In this document: in pieces, positions 1 to 13,900 of the stretch
Layout of the letters: each line of letters begins with the position of its first letter
Numbering within the stretch: the first letter of the stretch is position 1
From: Eledone cirrhosa
Lineage: Eukaryota
Direction of reading: 5' to 3'
Length of the DNA: 64,000 bases
NCBI GenBank assembly: GCA_964016885.1
Contig: OZ024741.1
Location: forward strand, 5,642,001 to 5,706,000
Position numbers and translations under genes: made by a program
Notes under the pieces: generated by a model
Databases searched by the model: none
What the model was told of the DNA's origin: nothing
What the model saw: only the letters and a program-made list of their open reading frames with translations

Positions 1-3000
1 CACTTGAGGTTATTACAGTGGTCCACTTGAGGAGTTTATTACAGTGGTCCACTTGAGGGGTTATTACAGTGGTCCACTTGAGAAGGTTATTACAGTGGTC
101 CACTTGAGGAGGTTATTACAGTGGTCCACTTGATGTTATTACAGTGGTCCACTTGAGGGGGTTATTACAGTGGTCCACTTGAGGTTATTACAGTGGTCCA
201 CTTGAGGAGGTTATTACAGTGGTCCAATTGAGGAGGTTATTACAGTGGTCCACTTGAGGTTATTACAGTGGACCAATTGAGGAGGTTATTACAGTGGTCC
301 GCCTGAGGAGGTTATTACAGTGGTCCACTTGAGGTTATTACAGTGGTCCATTTGAGGAGGTTATTACAGTGGTCCACTTGAGGTTATTACAGTGGTCCAC
401 TTGAGGAGGTTATTAGAGTGGTCCGTTTGAGGAGGTCATTACAGTGGTCCACTTGAGGTTATTACAGTGGTCCACTTGAGGAGGTTATTACAGCGGTCCA
501 ATTGAGGAGGTTATTACAGTGGTCCACTTGAGGAGGTTATTACAGTGGTCCACTTGAGGAAGTTATTGCAGTGGTCCAATTGAGGAGTTTATTACAGTGG
601 TCCACTTGAGGAGGTTATTACAGTGGTCCAGTTGAGGTTATTACAGTGGTACACTAGAGGAGGTTATTACAGTGGTCCACTTGAGGTTATTACAGTGGTC
701 CACTTGAGGAGGTTATTACAGTGGTCCACTTGAGGTTATTACAGTGGTCCACTTGAGGAGGCTATTACAGTGGTCCACTTGAGGTTATTACAGTGGTCCA
801 CTTGAGGAGGTTATTACAGTGGTCCACTTGAGGTTATTACAGTGGTCCACTTGAGGAGGTTATTACAGTGGTCCAATTGAGGAGGTTATTACAGTGGTCC
901 ACTTGAGGTTATTACAGTGGGCCACTAGAGGAGGTTATTACAGTGGTCCACTTGAGGTTATTACAGTGGTCCACTTGAGGAGGCTATTACAGTGGTCCAC
1001 TTGAGGAGGTTATTACAGTGGTCCACTTGAGGAGGTTATTACAGTAGTCCACTTGAGGTGGTTATTACAGTGGTCCACTTGAGGAGGTTATTACAGTGGT
1101 CCACTTGAGGTTATTACAGTGGTCAACTTGAGGAGGTTATTACAGTGGTCAACTTGAGGTTATTACAGTGGTCCACTTGAGGAGGTTATTACAATGGTCC
1201 ACTTGAGGAGGTACTTACAGTGGTCCACTTGAGGAGGTTATTACAGTGGTCCACTTGAGGTTCTTACAGTGGTCCACTTGAGGAGGCTATTACAGTGGTC
1301 AACTTGAGGTTATTACAGTGGTCCACTTGAGGAGGCTATTACAGTGGTCCACTTGAGGTTATTACAGTGGTGCACTTGAGGAGGTTATTAGAGTGGTCCA
1401 CTTGAGGTTATTACTGTGGTCCACTTGAGGAGGCTATTACAGTGGTCCACTTGAGGTTATTACAGTGGTCCACTTGAAGAGGCTATTACAGTGGTCCACT
1501 TGAGAAGGTTATTACAGTGGTCCTCTTGAGGTTATTACAGTGGTCCACTTGAGGAGGCTATTAGAGTGGTCCACTTGAGGAGGTTATTACAGTGGTCCAC
1601 TTGAGAAGGTTATTACAGTGGTCCACTTGAGGTTATTACAGTGGTCCACTTGCGGAGGTTATTACAGTGGTCCACTTGGGGAGGTTATTATAGGGGTCCA
1701 CTTGAGGTGGTTATTACAGTGGTCCACTTGAGAAGGTTATTACGGTGGTCCAGTTTAGTTTATTACAGTGGTCCACTTGTGGAGGTTATTACAGTGGTCC
1801 ACTTGAGGTTATTACAGTGGTCCACTTGAGGAGGTTATTACAGTGGTCCACTTGAGGAGGTTATTACAGTGGTCCACTTGAGGTTATTACAGTGGTCCAC
1901 TTGAGGAGGTTATTACAGTGGTCCACTTCAGGTTATTACAGTGGTCCACTTGTGGAGGTTATTACAGTGGTCCACTTGAGGAGGTTATTACAGTGGTCCA
2001 CTTGAGGAGGTTATTACAGAGGTCCACTTGAGGTTATTACAGTGGTCCACTTGAGGAGGTTATTACAGTGGTCCACTTGAGGTTATTACAGTGGTCCACT
2101 TGTGGAGGTTATTACAATGGTCCACTTGAGGAGGTTATTACAGTGGTCCACTTGAGGTTATTACAGTGGTCCACTTGAGGAGGTTATTACAGTGGTCCAC
2201 TTGAGGTTATTACAGTGGTCCACTTGAGGATTTTATTACAGTGGTCCACTTGAGGTTATTACAATGGTCCACATGAGGATTTTATTACAGTGTTCCACTT
2301 GAGGAGGTTATTACAGTGGTCCACTTGAGGAGGTTATTACAGTGGTCCACTTGAGATTATTACAGTGGTCCACTTGAGGTTATTACAGTGGTCCACTTGA
2401 GGTGGCTATTAAAGTGGTCCACTTGTGGACGTTATTACAGTGGTCCACTTGAGGTTATTACAGTGGTCAACTTGAGGTGGCTATTACAGTGGTCCACTTG
2501 AGGAGGCTATTACAGTGGTCCACTTGAGGAGGTTATTACAGTGGTCCACTTGAGGAGGTTATTACAGTGGTCCACTTGAGGTGGCTATTACAGTGGTTCA
2601 CTTGAGGTTATTACAGTGGTCCAATTGAGGAGGTTATTACAGTGGTCCACCTGAGGTTATTACAGTGGTCCAATTGAGGAGGTTATTACAGTGGTCCACT
2701 TGAGGAGGTTATTACAGTGGTCCACTTGAGGTTATTACAGTGTTCCACTTGAGGTGGTTACTACAGTGGTCCACTTGAGGAGGTTATTACAGTGGTCCAC
2801 TTGAGGTTATTACAGTGGTCCACTTGAGGAGGCTATTACAGTGGTCCACTTAAGGTTATTACAGTGGTCCACTTGAGGAGGTTATTGCAGTGGCCCAGTT
2901 GAGGAGGTTATTACAGTGGTCCACTTGAGGCTATTACAGTGGTCCACTTGAGGAGGCCATTACAGTGGTCCACTTGAGGTTATTACAGTGGTCCACTTGA

Positions 3001-3100
3001 GGAGGCTATTACAGCGGTCCACTTGAGGTTATTACAGTGGTCAACTTGAGGAGGTTATTACAGTGGTCCACTTGAGGTTATTACAGTGGTCCACTTGAGA

Positions 3101-6100
3101 AGGTTATTACAGTGGCCCACTTGAGGTTATTAAAGTGGTCCACTTGAGGATGTTTTTAGAGTTGTCCACTTGAGGAGGTTATTACAGTGGTCCAATTGAG
3201 AAGGGTATTACAGTGGTTCACTTGAGGAGGCTATTACAGTGGTCCACTTGAGAAGGTCATTACAGTGGCCCACTTGAGGTTATTACAGTGGTACACTTGA
3301 GGATGTTTTTAGAGTTGTCCACTTGAGGAGGTTATTACAGTGGTCCAATTGAGAAGGTTATTACAGTGGTCCACTTGAGGTCATTACAGTGGTCCACTTG
3401 AGGTGGTTATTACAGCGGTCCACTTGAGGTTATTAAAGTAGTCCAATTGAGGTTATTACAGTGGTCCACTTGAGGTTATTCCAGTGGTCCACTTGAGGAG
3501 GTTATTACAGTGGTCCACTTGAGGTTATTACAGTGGTCCACTTGAGGTTATTACAGTGGTCCACTTGTAGGGGTTATTACAGTGGTGCACTTCAGGTTAT
3601 TACAGTGGTCCACATGAGGATTTTATTACAGTGGTCCACTTGAGGTGGCTATTACAGTGGTCCACTTGAGGAGGTTATTACAGTGGTCCACTTGAGGTTA
3701 TTACAGTGGTCCACTTGAGGTTATTACAGTGGTCCACTTGAGAAGGTTATTACAGTGGTCCACTTGAGGAGGTTATTACAATGGTCCACTTGGGGAGGTT
3801 ATTACAGTGGTCCTCTTGAGGAGGCTATTACAGTGGTCCACTTGAGGTTATTACAGTCGTCCACTTGAGGAGGTTATTACAGTGGTCCACTTGAGGAGGC
3901 TATTACAGTGGTCCACTTGAGGTTATTACAGTGGTCCACTTGAGGAGGTTATTACAGTGGTCCACTTGAGGAGGTTATTACAGTGGTCCACTTGAGGTTA
4001 ATACAGAGGTCCACTTGAGGAGGTTATTACAGTGGTCCACTTGAGGTTATTACAGTGGTCCATTTGAGGAGGTTATTACAGTGGTCCACTTGAGGAGGTT
4101 ATTACAGTGGTCCACTTGAGGTTATTACAGTGGTCCACTTGTAGAGGTTATTACAGTGGTGCACTTCAGGTTATTACAGTGGTCCACATGAGGATTTTAT
4201 TACAGTGGTCCACTTGAGGTAGCTATTACAGTGGTCCACTTGAGGAGGTTATTACAGTGGTCCACTTTAGGTTATTACAGTGGTCCACCTGAGTTTATTA
4301 CAGTGGTCCACTTGAGGAGGTTATTACAGTGGTCCACTTCAGGTTATTACAGTGGTGCACTTGAGGAGCCTATTACAGTGGTCCACTTGAGGTTATTAAA
4401 GTGGTCCACTTGAGGAGGTTATTACAGTGGTACATTTTAGGTGGCTATTACAGTGGTCCACTTGAGGAGGTTATTACAGTGGTCCACTTGAGGAGGTTAT
4501 TACAGTGGTCCACTTGAGGAGGTTATTACAGTGGTCCACTTGAGGTTATTACAGTGGTCCACGTGAGGAGGCTATTACAGTGGTCCACTTGAGGTGGCTA
4601 TTACAGTGGTCCACTTGACGAGGTTATTACGGTGGTCCACTTGAGGAGGCTATTACAGTGGTCCACTTGAGGAGGCTATTACAGAGGTCCACTTGAGGTG
4701 GCTATTACAGTGGTCCACTTGAGGTTATTACAGTGGTCCACTTGAGGAGGTTATTACAGTGGTCCACTTGAGGTTATTACAGTGGTCCACGTGAGGAGGC
4801 TATTACAGTGGTCCACTTGAGGAGGCTATTACAGTGGTCCACTTGAGGAGGCTATTACAGTGGTCCACTTGAGGTTATTACAGTGGTCCACTTGAGTAGG
4901 CTATTACAGAGGTCCACTTGAGGTTATTACAGTGGTCCACTTGAGGTTATTACAGTGGTTTTCTTGATGTTATTACAGTGGTCCACTTGAAGTTATTACA
5001 GTGGTCCACTTGAGGAGGCTATTACAGAGGTCCACTTGAGATTATTACAGTGGTCCACTTGAGGAGGTTATTACAGTGGTCCACTTAATGAGGTTATTAC
5101 AGTGGTCCACTTGAGGAGACTATTACAGTGGTTCACTTGAGGAGGTTATTACAGTGGTCCACTTGAGGAGGTTATTACAGTGGTCCACTTGAGGTTATTA
5201 CAGTGGTCCAATTGAGGAGGTTATTACAGTGGTCCACTTGAGGAGGCTATTACAGTGGTCCACTTGAGGAGGTTATTACAGTGGTCCACTTGAGCTCATT
5301 ACAGTGGTCCACTTGAGGAGGTTATTACAGTGGTCCACTTGAGGAGGTTATTACAGTGGTCCACTTGTGGTTATTACAGTGGTCCACTTGAGGAGGCTAT
5401 TACAGTGGTCCATTTGAGGTTATTACAGTGGTCCACTTGAGGAGGTTATTACAGTGGTCCACTTGAGGTTATTACAGTTGTCCACTTGAGGTTATTACAG
5501 TTGTCCACTTGAGGTTATTACAGTGGTCCACTTGAGGAGGCTATTACAGTGGTCCACTTGAGGTTATTACAGTGATCCACTTGAGGAGGTTATTACAGTG
5601 GTCCACTTGAGGTTTTTACAGTGGTCCACTTGAGGTTATTACAGTGGTCCACTTGAGGAGGCTATTACAGTGGTCCACTTGAGGTTATTACAGTTGTCCA
5701 CTTGAGGAAGCTATTACAGTGGTCCACTTGAGGTTATTACAGTGGTCCACTTGAGGAGGCTATTACAGTGGTCCACTTGAGGTTATTACAGTGGTCCACT
5801 TGAGGAGGCTATTACAGTTGTCCACTTGATGTTATTACAGTGGTCCACTTGTGGAGGTTATTACAGTGGTCCACTTGAGGTTATTACAGTGGTCGACTTG
5901 AGCTTATTACAGTGGTCCACTTGAGGGGGCTATTACAGTGGTCCACTTGAGAAGGTTATTACAGTGGTCCACTTGAGGTTATTACAGTGGTCCACTTGAG
6001 GAGTTTATTACAGTGGTCCACTTGAGGGGTTATTACAGTTGTCCACTTGAGAAGGTTATTACAGTGGTCCACTTGAGGAGGTTATTACAGTGGTCCACTT

Positions 6101-9100
6101 GATGTTATTACAGTGGTCCACTTGAGGAGGCTATTACAGTGGTCCACTTGAGGAGGTTATTACAGTGGCCCACTTGAGGTTATTAAAGTGGTCCACTTGA
6201 GGATGTTTTTAGAGTTGTCCACTTGAGGAGGTTATTACAGTGGTCCAATTGAGAAGGGTATTACAGTGGTTCACTTGAGGAGGCTATTACAGTGGTCCAC
6301 TTGAGAAGGTCATTACAGTGGCCCACTTGAGGTTATTACAGTGGTACACTTGAGGATGTTTTTAGAGTTGTCCACTTGAGGAGGTTATTACAGTGGTCCA
6401 ATTGAGAAGGTTATTACAGTGGTCCACTTGAGGTCATTACAGTGGTCCACTTGAGGTGGTTATTACAGCGGTCCACTTGAGGTTATTAAAGTAGTCCAAT
6501 TGAGGTTATTACAGTGGTCCACTTGAGGTTATTCCAGTGGTCCACTTGAGGAGGTTATTACAGTGGTCCACTTGAGGTTATTACAGTGGTCCACTTGAGG
6601 TTATTACAGTGGTCCACTTGTAGGGGTTATTACAGTGGTGCACTTCAGGTTATTACAGTGGTCCACATGAGGATTTTATTACAGTGGTCCACTTGAGGTG
6701 GCTATTACAGTGGTCCACTTGAGGAGGTTATTACAGTGGTCCACTTGAGGTTATTACAGTGGTCCACTTGAGGTTATTACAGTGGTCCACTTGAGAAGGT
6801 TATTACAGTGGTCCACTTGAGGAGGTTATTACAATGGTCCACTTGGGGAGGTTATTACAGTGGTCCTCTTGAGGAGGCTATTACAGTGGTCCACTTGAGG
6901 TTATTACAGTCGTCCACTTGAGGAGGTTATTACAGTGGTCCACTTGAGGAGGCTATTACAGTGGTCCACTTGAGGTTATTACAGTGGTCCACTTGAGGAG
7001 GTTATTACAGTGGTCCACTTGAGGAGGTTATTACAGTGGTCCACTTGAGGTTAATACAGAGGTCCACTTGAGGAGGTTATTACAGTGGTCCACTTGAGGT
7101 TATTACAGTGGTCCATTTGAGGAGGTTATTACAGTGGTCCACTTGAGGAGGTTATTACAGTGGTCCACTTGAGGTTATTACAGTGGTCCACTTGTAGAGG
7201 TTATTACAGTGGTGCACTTCAGGTTATTACAGTGGTCCACATGAGGATTTTATTACAGTGGTCCACTTGAGGTAGCTATTACAGTGGTCCACTTGAGGAG
7301 GTTATTACAGTGGTCCACTTTAGGTTATTACAGTGGTCCACCTGAGTTTATTACAGTGGTCCACTTGAGGAGGTTATTACAGTGGTCCACTTCAGGTTAT
7401 TACAGTGGTGCACTTGAGGAGCCTATTACAGTGGTCCACTTGAGGTTATTAAAGTGGTCCACTTGAGGAGGTTATTACAGTGGTACATTTTAGGTGGCTA
7501 TTACAGTGGTCCACTTGAGGAGGTTATTACAGTGGTCCACTTGAGGAGGTTATTACAGTGGTCCACTTGAGGAGGTTATTACAGTGGTCCACTTGAGGTT
7601 ATTACAGTGGTCCACGTGAGGAGGCTATTACAGTGGTCCACTTGAGGTGGCTATTACAGTGGTCCACTTGACGAGGTTATTACGGTGGTCCACTTGAGGA
7701 GGCTATTACAGTGGTCCACTTGAGGAGGCTATTACAGAGGTCCACTTGAGGTGGCTATTACAGTGGTCCACTTGAGGTTATTACAGTGGTCCACTTGAGG
7801 AGGTTATTACAGTGGTCCACTTGAGGTTATTACAGTGGTCCACGTGAGGAGGCTATTACAGTGGTCCACTTGAGGAGGCTATTACAGTGGTCCACTTGAG
7901 GAGGCTATTACAGTGGTCCACTTGAGGTTATTACAGTGGTCCACTTGAGTAGGCTATTACAGAGGTCCACTTGAGGTTATTACAGTGGTCCACTTGAGGT
8001 TATTACAGTGGTTTTCTTGATGTTATTACAGTGGTCCACTTGAAGTTATTACAGTGGTCCACTTGAGGAGGCTATTACAGAGGTCCACTTGAGATTATTA
8101 CAGTGGTCCACTTGAGGAGGTTATTAAAGTGGTCCACTTAATGAGGTTATTACAGTGGTCCACTTGAGGAGACTATTACAGTGGTTCACTTGAGGAGGTT
8201 ATTACAGTGGTCCACTTGAGGAGGTTATTACAGTGGTCCACTTGAGGTTATTACAGTGGTCCAATTGAGGAGGTTATTACAGTGGTCCACTTGAGGAGGC
8301 TATTACAGTGGTCCACTTGAGGAGGTTATTACAGTGGTCCACTTGAGCTCATTACAGTGGTCCACTTGAGGAGGTTATTACAGTGGTCCACTTGAGGAGG
8401 TTATTACAGTGGTCCACTTGTGGTTATTACAGTGGTCCACTTGAGGAGGCTATTACAGTGGTCCATTTGAGGTTATTACAGTGGTCCACTTGAGGAGGTT
8501 ATTACAGTGGTCCACTTGAGGTTATTACAGTTGTCCACTTGAGGTTATTACAGTTGTCCACTTGAGGTTATTACAGTGGTCCACTTGAGGAGGCTATTAC
8601 AGTGGTCCACTTGAGGTTATTACAGTGATCCACTTGAGGAGGTTATTACAGTGGTCCACTTGAGGTTTTTACAGTGGTCCACTTGAGGTTATTACAGTGG
8701 TCCACTTGAGGAGGCTATTACAGTGGTCCACTTGAGGTTATTACAGTTGTCCACTTGAGGAAGCTATTACAGTGGTCCACTTGAGGTTATTACAGTGGTC
8801 CACTTGAGGAGGCTATTACAGTGGTCCACTTGAGGTTATTACAGTGGTCCACTTGAGGAGGCTATTACAGTTGTCCACTTGATGTTATTACAGTGGTCCA
8901 CTTGTGGAGGTTATTACAGTGGTCCACTTGAGGTTATTACAGTGGTCGACTTGAGCTTATTACAGTGGTCCACTTGAGGGGGCTATTACAGTGGTCCACT
9001 TGAGAAGGTTATTACAGTGGTCCACTTGAGGTTATTACAGTGGTCCACTTGAGGAGTTTATTACAGTGGTCCACTTGAGGGGTTATTACAGTTGTCCACT

Positions 9101-9221
9101 TGAGAAGGTTATTACAGTGGTCCACTTGAGGAGGTTATTACAGTGGTCCACTTGATGTTATTACAGTGGTCCACTTGAGGAGGCTATTACAGTGGTCCAC
9201 TTGAGGAGGTTATTACAGTGG
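3101..9221. repeat. 3,053-bp tandem segmental duplication inside array A (copy 1 ~3101-6153, copy 2 ~6154-9206)
   Basis: Rare markers recur at a constant offset of 3053: TGTTTTTAGAGTTG at 3151/6204 and identical pseudo-ORFs at 4231/7284. I noticed one difference (C5074 vs A8127). Identity breaks at 6169 vs 9222. Confidence 0.93.
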
Positions 9222-10944
9222 TCCACTTGAGGAGGCTATTACAGTGGTCTACTTGAGGTTATTACAGTGGTCCACTTGAGGGGGTTATTACAGTGGTCCA
9301 CTTGAGGTTATTACAGTGGTCCACTTGAGGAGGTTATTACAGTGGTCCAATTGAGGAGGTTATTACAGTGGTCCACTTGAGGTTATTACAGTGGACCAAT
9401 TGTGGAGGTTATTACAGTGGTCCGCTTGAGGAGGTTATTACAGTGGTCCACTTGAGGTTATTACAGTGGTCCACTTGAGGAGGTTATTACAGTGCTCCAC
9501 TTGAGGTTATTACAGTGGTCCACTTGAGGAGGTTATTACAGTGGTCCGTTTGAGGAGGTTATTACAGTGGTCCACTTGAGGTTATTACAGTGGTCCACTT
9601 GAGGAGGTTATTACAGTGGTCCACTTGAGGAGGTTATTAGAGTGGTCCACTTGAGGAGGTTATTACAGAGGTCCAATTGAGGAGGTTATTACAGTGGTCC
9701 ACTTGAGGAGGTTATTACAGTGGTCCAGTTGAGGTTATTACAGTGGTACACTAGAGGAGGTTATTACAGTGGTCCACTTGAGGTTATTACAGTGGTCCAC
9801 TTGAGGAGGTTATTACAGTGGTCCACTTGAGGTTATTACAGTGGTCCACTTGAGGAGGCTATTACAGTGGTCCACTTGAGGTTATTACAGTGGTCCACTT
9901 GAGGAGGTTATTACAGTGGTCCACTTGAGGTTATTACAGTGGTCCACTTGAGGAGGTTATTACAGTGGTCCAATTGAGGAGGTTATTACAGTGGTCCACT
10001 TGAGGTTATTACAGTGGGCCACTAGAGGAGGTTATTACAGTGGTCCACTTGAGGTTATTACAGTGGTCCACTTGAGGAGGCTATTACAGTGGTCCACTTG
10101 AGGAGGTTATTAGAGTGGTCCACTTGAGGAGGTTATTACAGTAGTCCACTTGAGGTGGTTATTACAGTGGTCCACTTGAGGTGGTTATTACAGTGGTCCA
10201 CTTGAGGAGGCTATTACAGTGGTCCACTTGAGGAGGTTATTACAGTGGTCCACTTGAGGTTATTACAGTGGTCCACTTGAGGTTATTATAGTGGTTCACT
10301 TGAGGAGGCTATTACAGTGGTCCACTTGAGGTTATTACAGTGGTCCACTTGAGGAGGTTATTACAGTGGTCCACTTGAGAAGGCTATTACAGTGGTCCAC
10401 TTGAGAAGGTTATTACAGTGGTCCACTTGAGGTTATTACAGTGGACCATTTGAGGAGGTTATTACAGTGCTCCACTTGAGGAGGTTATTACAGTGGTCCA
10501 CTTGAGGAGGTTATTACAGTGGTCCACTTGAGGAGGTTATTACAGTGGTCCACTTGAGGAGGTTATTACAGTGGTCCACTTGAGGTGGCTATTACAGTGG
10601 TTCACTTGAGGTTATTACATTGGTCCAATTGAGGAGGTTATTACAGTGGTCCACTTGAGGTTATTACAATGGTCCAATTGAGGAGGTTATTACAGTGGTC
10701 CACTTGAGGAGGCTATTACAATGGTCCACTTGAGGTTATTACAGTGGTCCACTTGAGGAGGTTAATACAGTGGTCCACTTGAGTTTATTACAGTGGTCCA
10801 CTTGAGGAGGCTATTACAGTGGTCCACTTGAATAGGTTATTACAGTGGTCCACTTGAGGTTATTACAGTGGTCCACTTGTGGAGGCTATTACAGTGGTCC
10901 ACTTGAGGTTATTACAGTGGTCCACTTGAGGAGGTTATTACAGT

Positions 10945-13900
10945 GGTCCACTTGAGGTTATTACAGTGGTCCACTTGAGGAGGCTTTTACAGTGGTCCAT
11001 TTGAGGTTATTACAGTGGTCCACTTGAGGAGGTTATTACAGTGGTCCACTTGAGGTTATTACAGTGGTCCACTTGAGGTTATTACAGTTGTCCACTTGAT
11101 GTTATTACAGTGGTCCACTTGAGGAGGCTATTACAGTGGTCCACTTGAGGTTATTACAGTGATCCACTTGAGGAGGTTATTACAGTGGTCCACTTGAGGT
11201 TATTACAGTGATCCACTTGAGGTTATTACAGTGGTCCACTTGAGGAGGCTATTACAGTGGTCCACTTGAGGTTTTTACAGTTGTCCACTTGAGGAAGCTA
11301 TTACAGTGGTCCACTTGAGGTTATTACAGTGGTCCACTTGAGGAGGCTATTACAGTGGTCCACTTGATGTTATTACAGTGGTCCACTTGTGGAGGTTATT
11401 ACAGTGGTCCACCTGAGGGGGCTATTACAGTGGTCCACTTGAGAAGGTTATTACAGTGGTCCACTTGAGGTTATTACAGTGGTCCACTTGAGGAGTTTAT
11501 TACAGTGGTCCACTTGAGGGGTTATTACAGTGGTCCACTTGAGAAGGTTATTACAGTGGTCCACTTGAGGAGGTTATTACAGTGGTCCACTTGATGTTAT
11601 TACAGTGGTCCACTTGAGGAGGCTATTACATTGGTCCACTTGAGGAGGTTATTACAGTGGTCCACTTGAGGAGGCTATTACAGTGGTCTACTTGAGGTTA
11701 TTACAGTGGTCCACTTGAGGGGGTTATTACAGTGGTTCCACTTGAGGTTATTACAGTGGTCCACTTGAGGAGGTTATTACAGTGGTCCAATTGAGGAGGT
11801 TATTACAGTGGTCCACTTGAGGTTATTACAGTGGACCAATTGAGGAGGTTATTACAGTGGTCCGCTTGAGGAGGTTATTACAGTGGTCCACTTGAGGTTA
11901 TTACAGTGGTCCACTTGAGGAGGTTATTACAGTGGTCCACTTGAGGTTATTACAGTGGTCCACTTGAGGAGGTTATTACAGTGGTCCGTTTGAGGAGGTT
12001 ATTACAGTGGTCCACTTGAGGTTATTACAGTGGTCCACTTGAGGAGGTTATTAAAGTGGTCCAATTGAGGAGGTTATTACAGTGGTCCACTTGAGGAGGT
12101 TATTACAGTGGTCCACTTGAGGAGGTTATTACAGTGGTCCAATTGAGGAGGTTATTACAGTGGTCCACTTGAGGAGGTTATTACAATGGTCCAGTTGAGG
12201 TTATTACAGTGGTACAATAGAGGAGGTTTTTACAGTGGTCCACTTGAGGTTATTACAGTGGTCCACTTGAGGAGGTTATTACAGTGGTCCACTTGAGGTT
12301 ATTACAGTGGTCCACTTGAGGAGGCTATTACAGTGGTCCACTTGAGGTTATTACAGTGGTCCACTTGAGGAGGTTATTACAGTGGTCCACTTGAGGTTAT
12401 TACAGTGGTCCACTTGAGGAGGTTATTACAGTGGTCCACTTGAGGTTATTACAGTAGGCCACTAGAGGAGGTTATTACAGTGGTCCACTTGAGGTTATTA
12501 CAGTGGTCCACTTGAGGAGGCTATTACAGTGGTCCACTTGAGGAGGTTATTACAGTGGTCCACTTGAGGAGGTTATTACAGTAGTCCACTTGAGGTGGTT
12601 ATTACAGTGGTCCACTTGAGGTGGTTATTACAGTGGTCCACTTGAGGAGGCTATTACAGTGGTCCACTTGAGGAGGTTATTACAGTGGTCCACTTGAGGT
12701 TATTACAGTGGTCCACTTGAGGTTATTATAGTGGTCCACTTGAGGAGGCTATTACAGTGGTCCACTTGAGGTTATTACAGTGGTCCACTTGAGGAGGCTA
12801 TTAAAGTGGTCCACTTGAGGTTATTACAGTGATCCACTTGAGGAGGCTATTACAGTGGTCCACTTGAGGTTATTTCAGTGATCCACTTGAGGAGGTTATT
12901 ACAGTGGTCCACTTGAGGTTATTACAGTGGTCCACTTGAGGTTATTACAGTGGTCCACTTGAGGGGGCTATTACAGTGGTCCACTTGAGAAGGTTATTAC
13001 AGTGGTCAAGTTGAGGTTATTACAGTGGTCCCCTTGAGGAGGCTATTACAGTGGTCCACTTGAGAATGCTATTACAGTGGTCCACTTGAGGTTATTACAG
13101 TGGTCCACTTGAGAATGCTATTACATTGTCCACTTGAGAAGGTCATTACAGTGGTCCACTTGAGGTTATTACAGTGGACCATTTGAGGAGGTTATTACAG
13201 TGCTCCACTTGAGGAGGTTATTACAGTGATCCACTTGAGGAGGCTATTACAGTGGTCCACTTGAGGAGGTTATTACAGTGGTCCACTTGAGGAGGTTATT
13301 ACAGTGGTCCACTTGAGGTGGCTATTACAGTGGTTCACTTGAGGTTATTACAGTGGTCCAATTGAGGAGGTTATTACAGTGGTCCACTTGAGGTTATTAC
13401 AGTGGTCCAATTGAGGAGGTTATTACAGTGGTCCACTTGAGGAGGCTATTACAGTGGTCCACTTGAGGTTATTACAGTGGTCCACTTGAGGAGGTTAATA
13501 CAGTGGTCCACTTGAGGTTATTACAGTGGTCCACTTGAGGAGGCTATAACAGTGGTCCACTTGAGGAGGTTATTACAGTGGTCCACTTGAGGTTATTACA
13601 GTGGTCCACTTGTGGAGGCAATTACAGTGGTCCACTTGAGGTTATTACAGTGGTCCACTTGAGGAGGTTATTACAGTGGTCCACTTGAGGTTATTACAGT
13701 GGTCCAATTGAGGAGGCTATTACAGTGGTCCACTTGAGGTTATTACAGTGGTCCACTTGAGGAGGTTATTACAGTGGTCCACTTGAGGTTATTATAGTAG
13801 TCCACTTGAGGAGGCTATTACAGTGGTCCACTTGAGAAGGTTATTACAGTGGTCCACTTGAGGTTATTACAGTGGACCATTTGAGGAGGTTATTACAGTG

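Noticed and set aside
1641-1829. 62-aa ORF
   Set aside because: Same artefact: local variants remove the periodic TGA. There is no ATG start and no non-repeat context.
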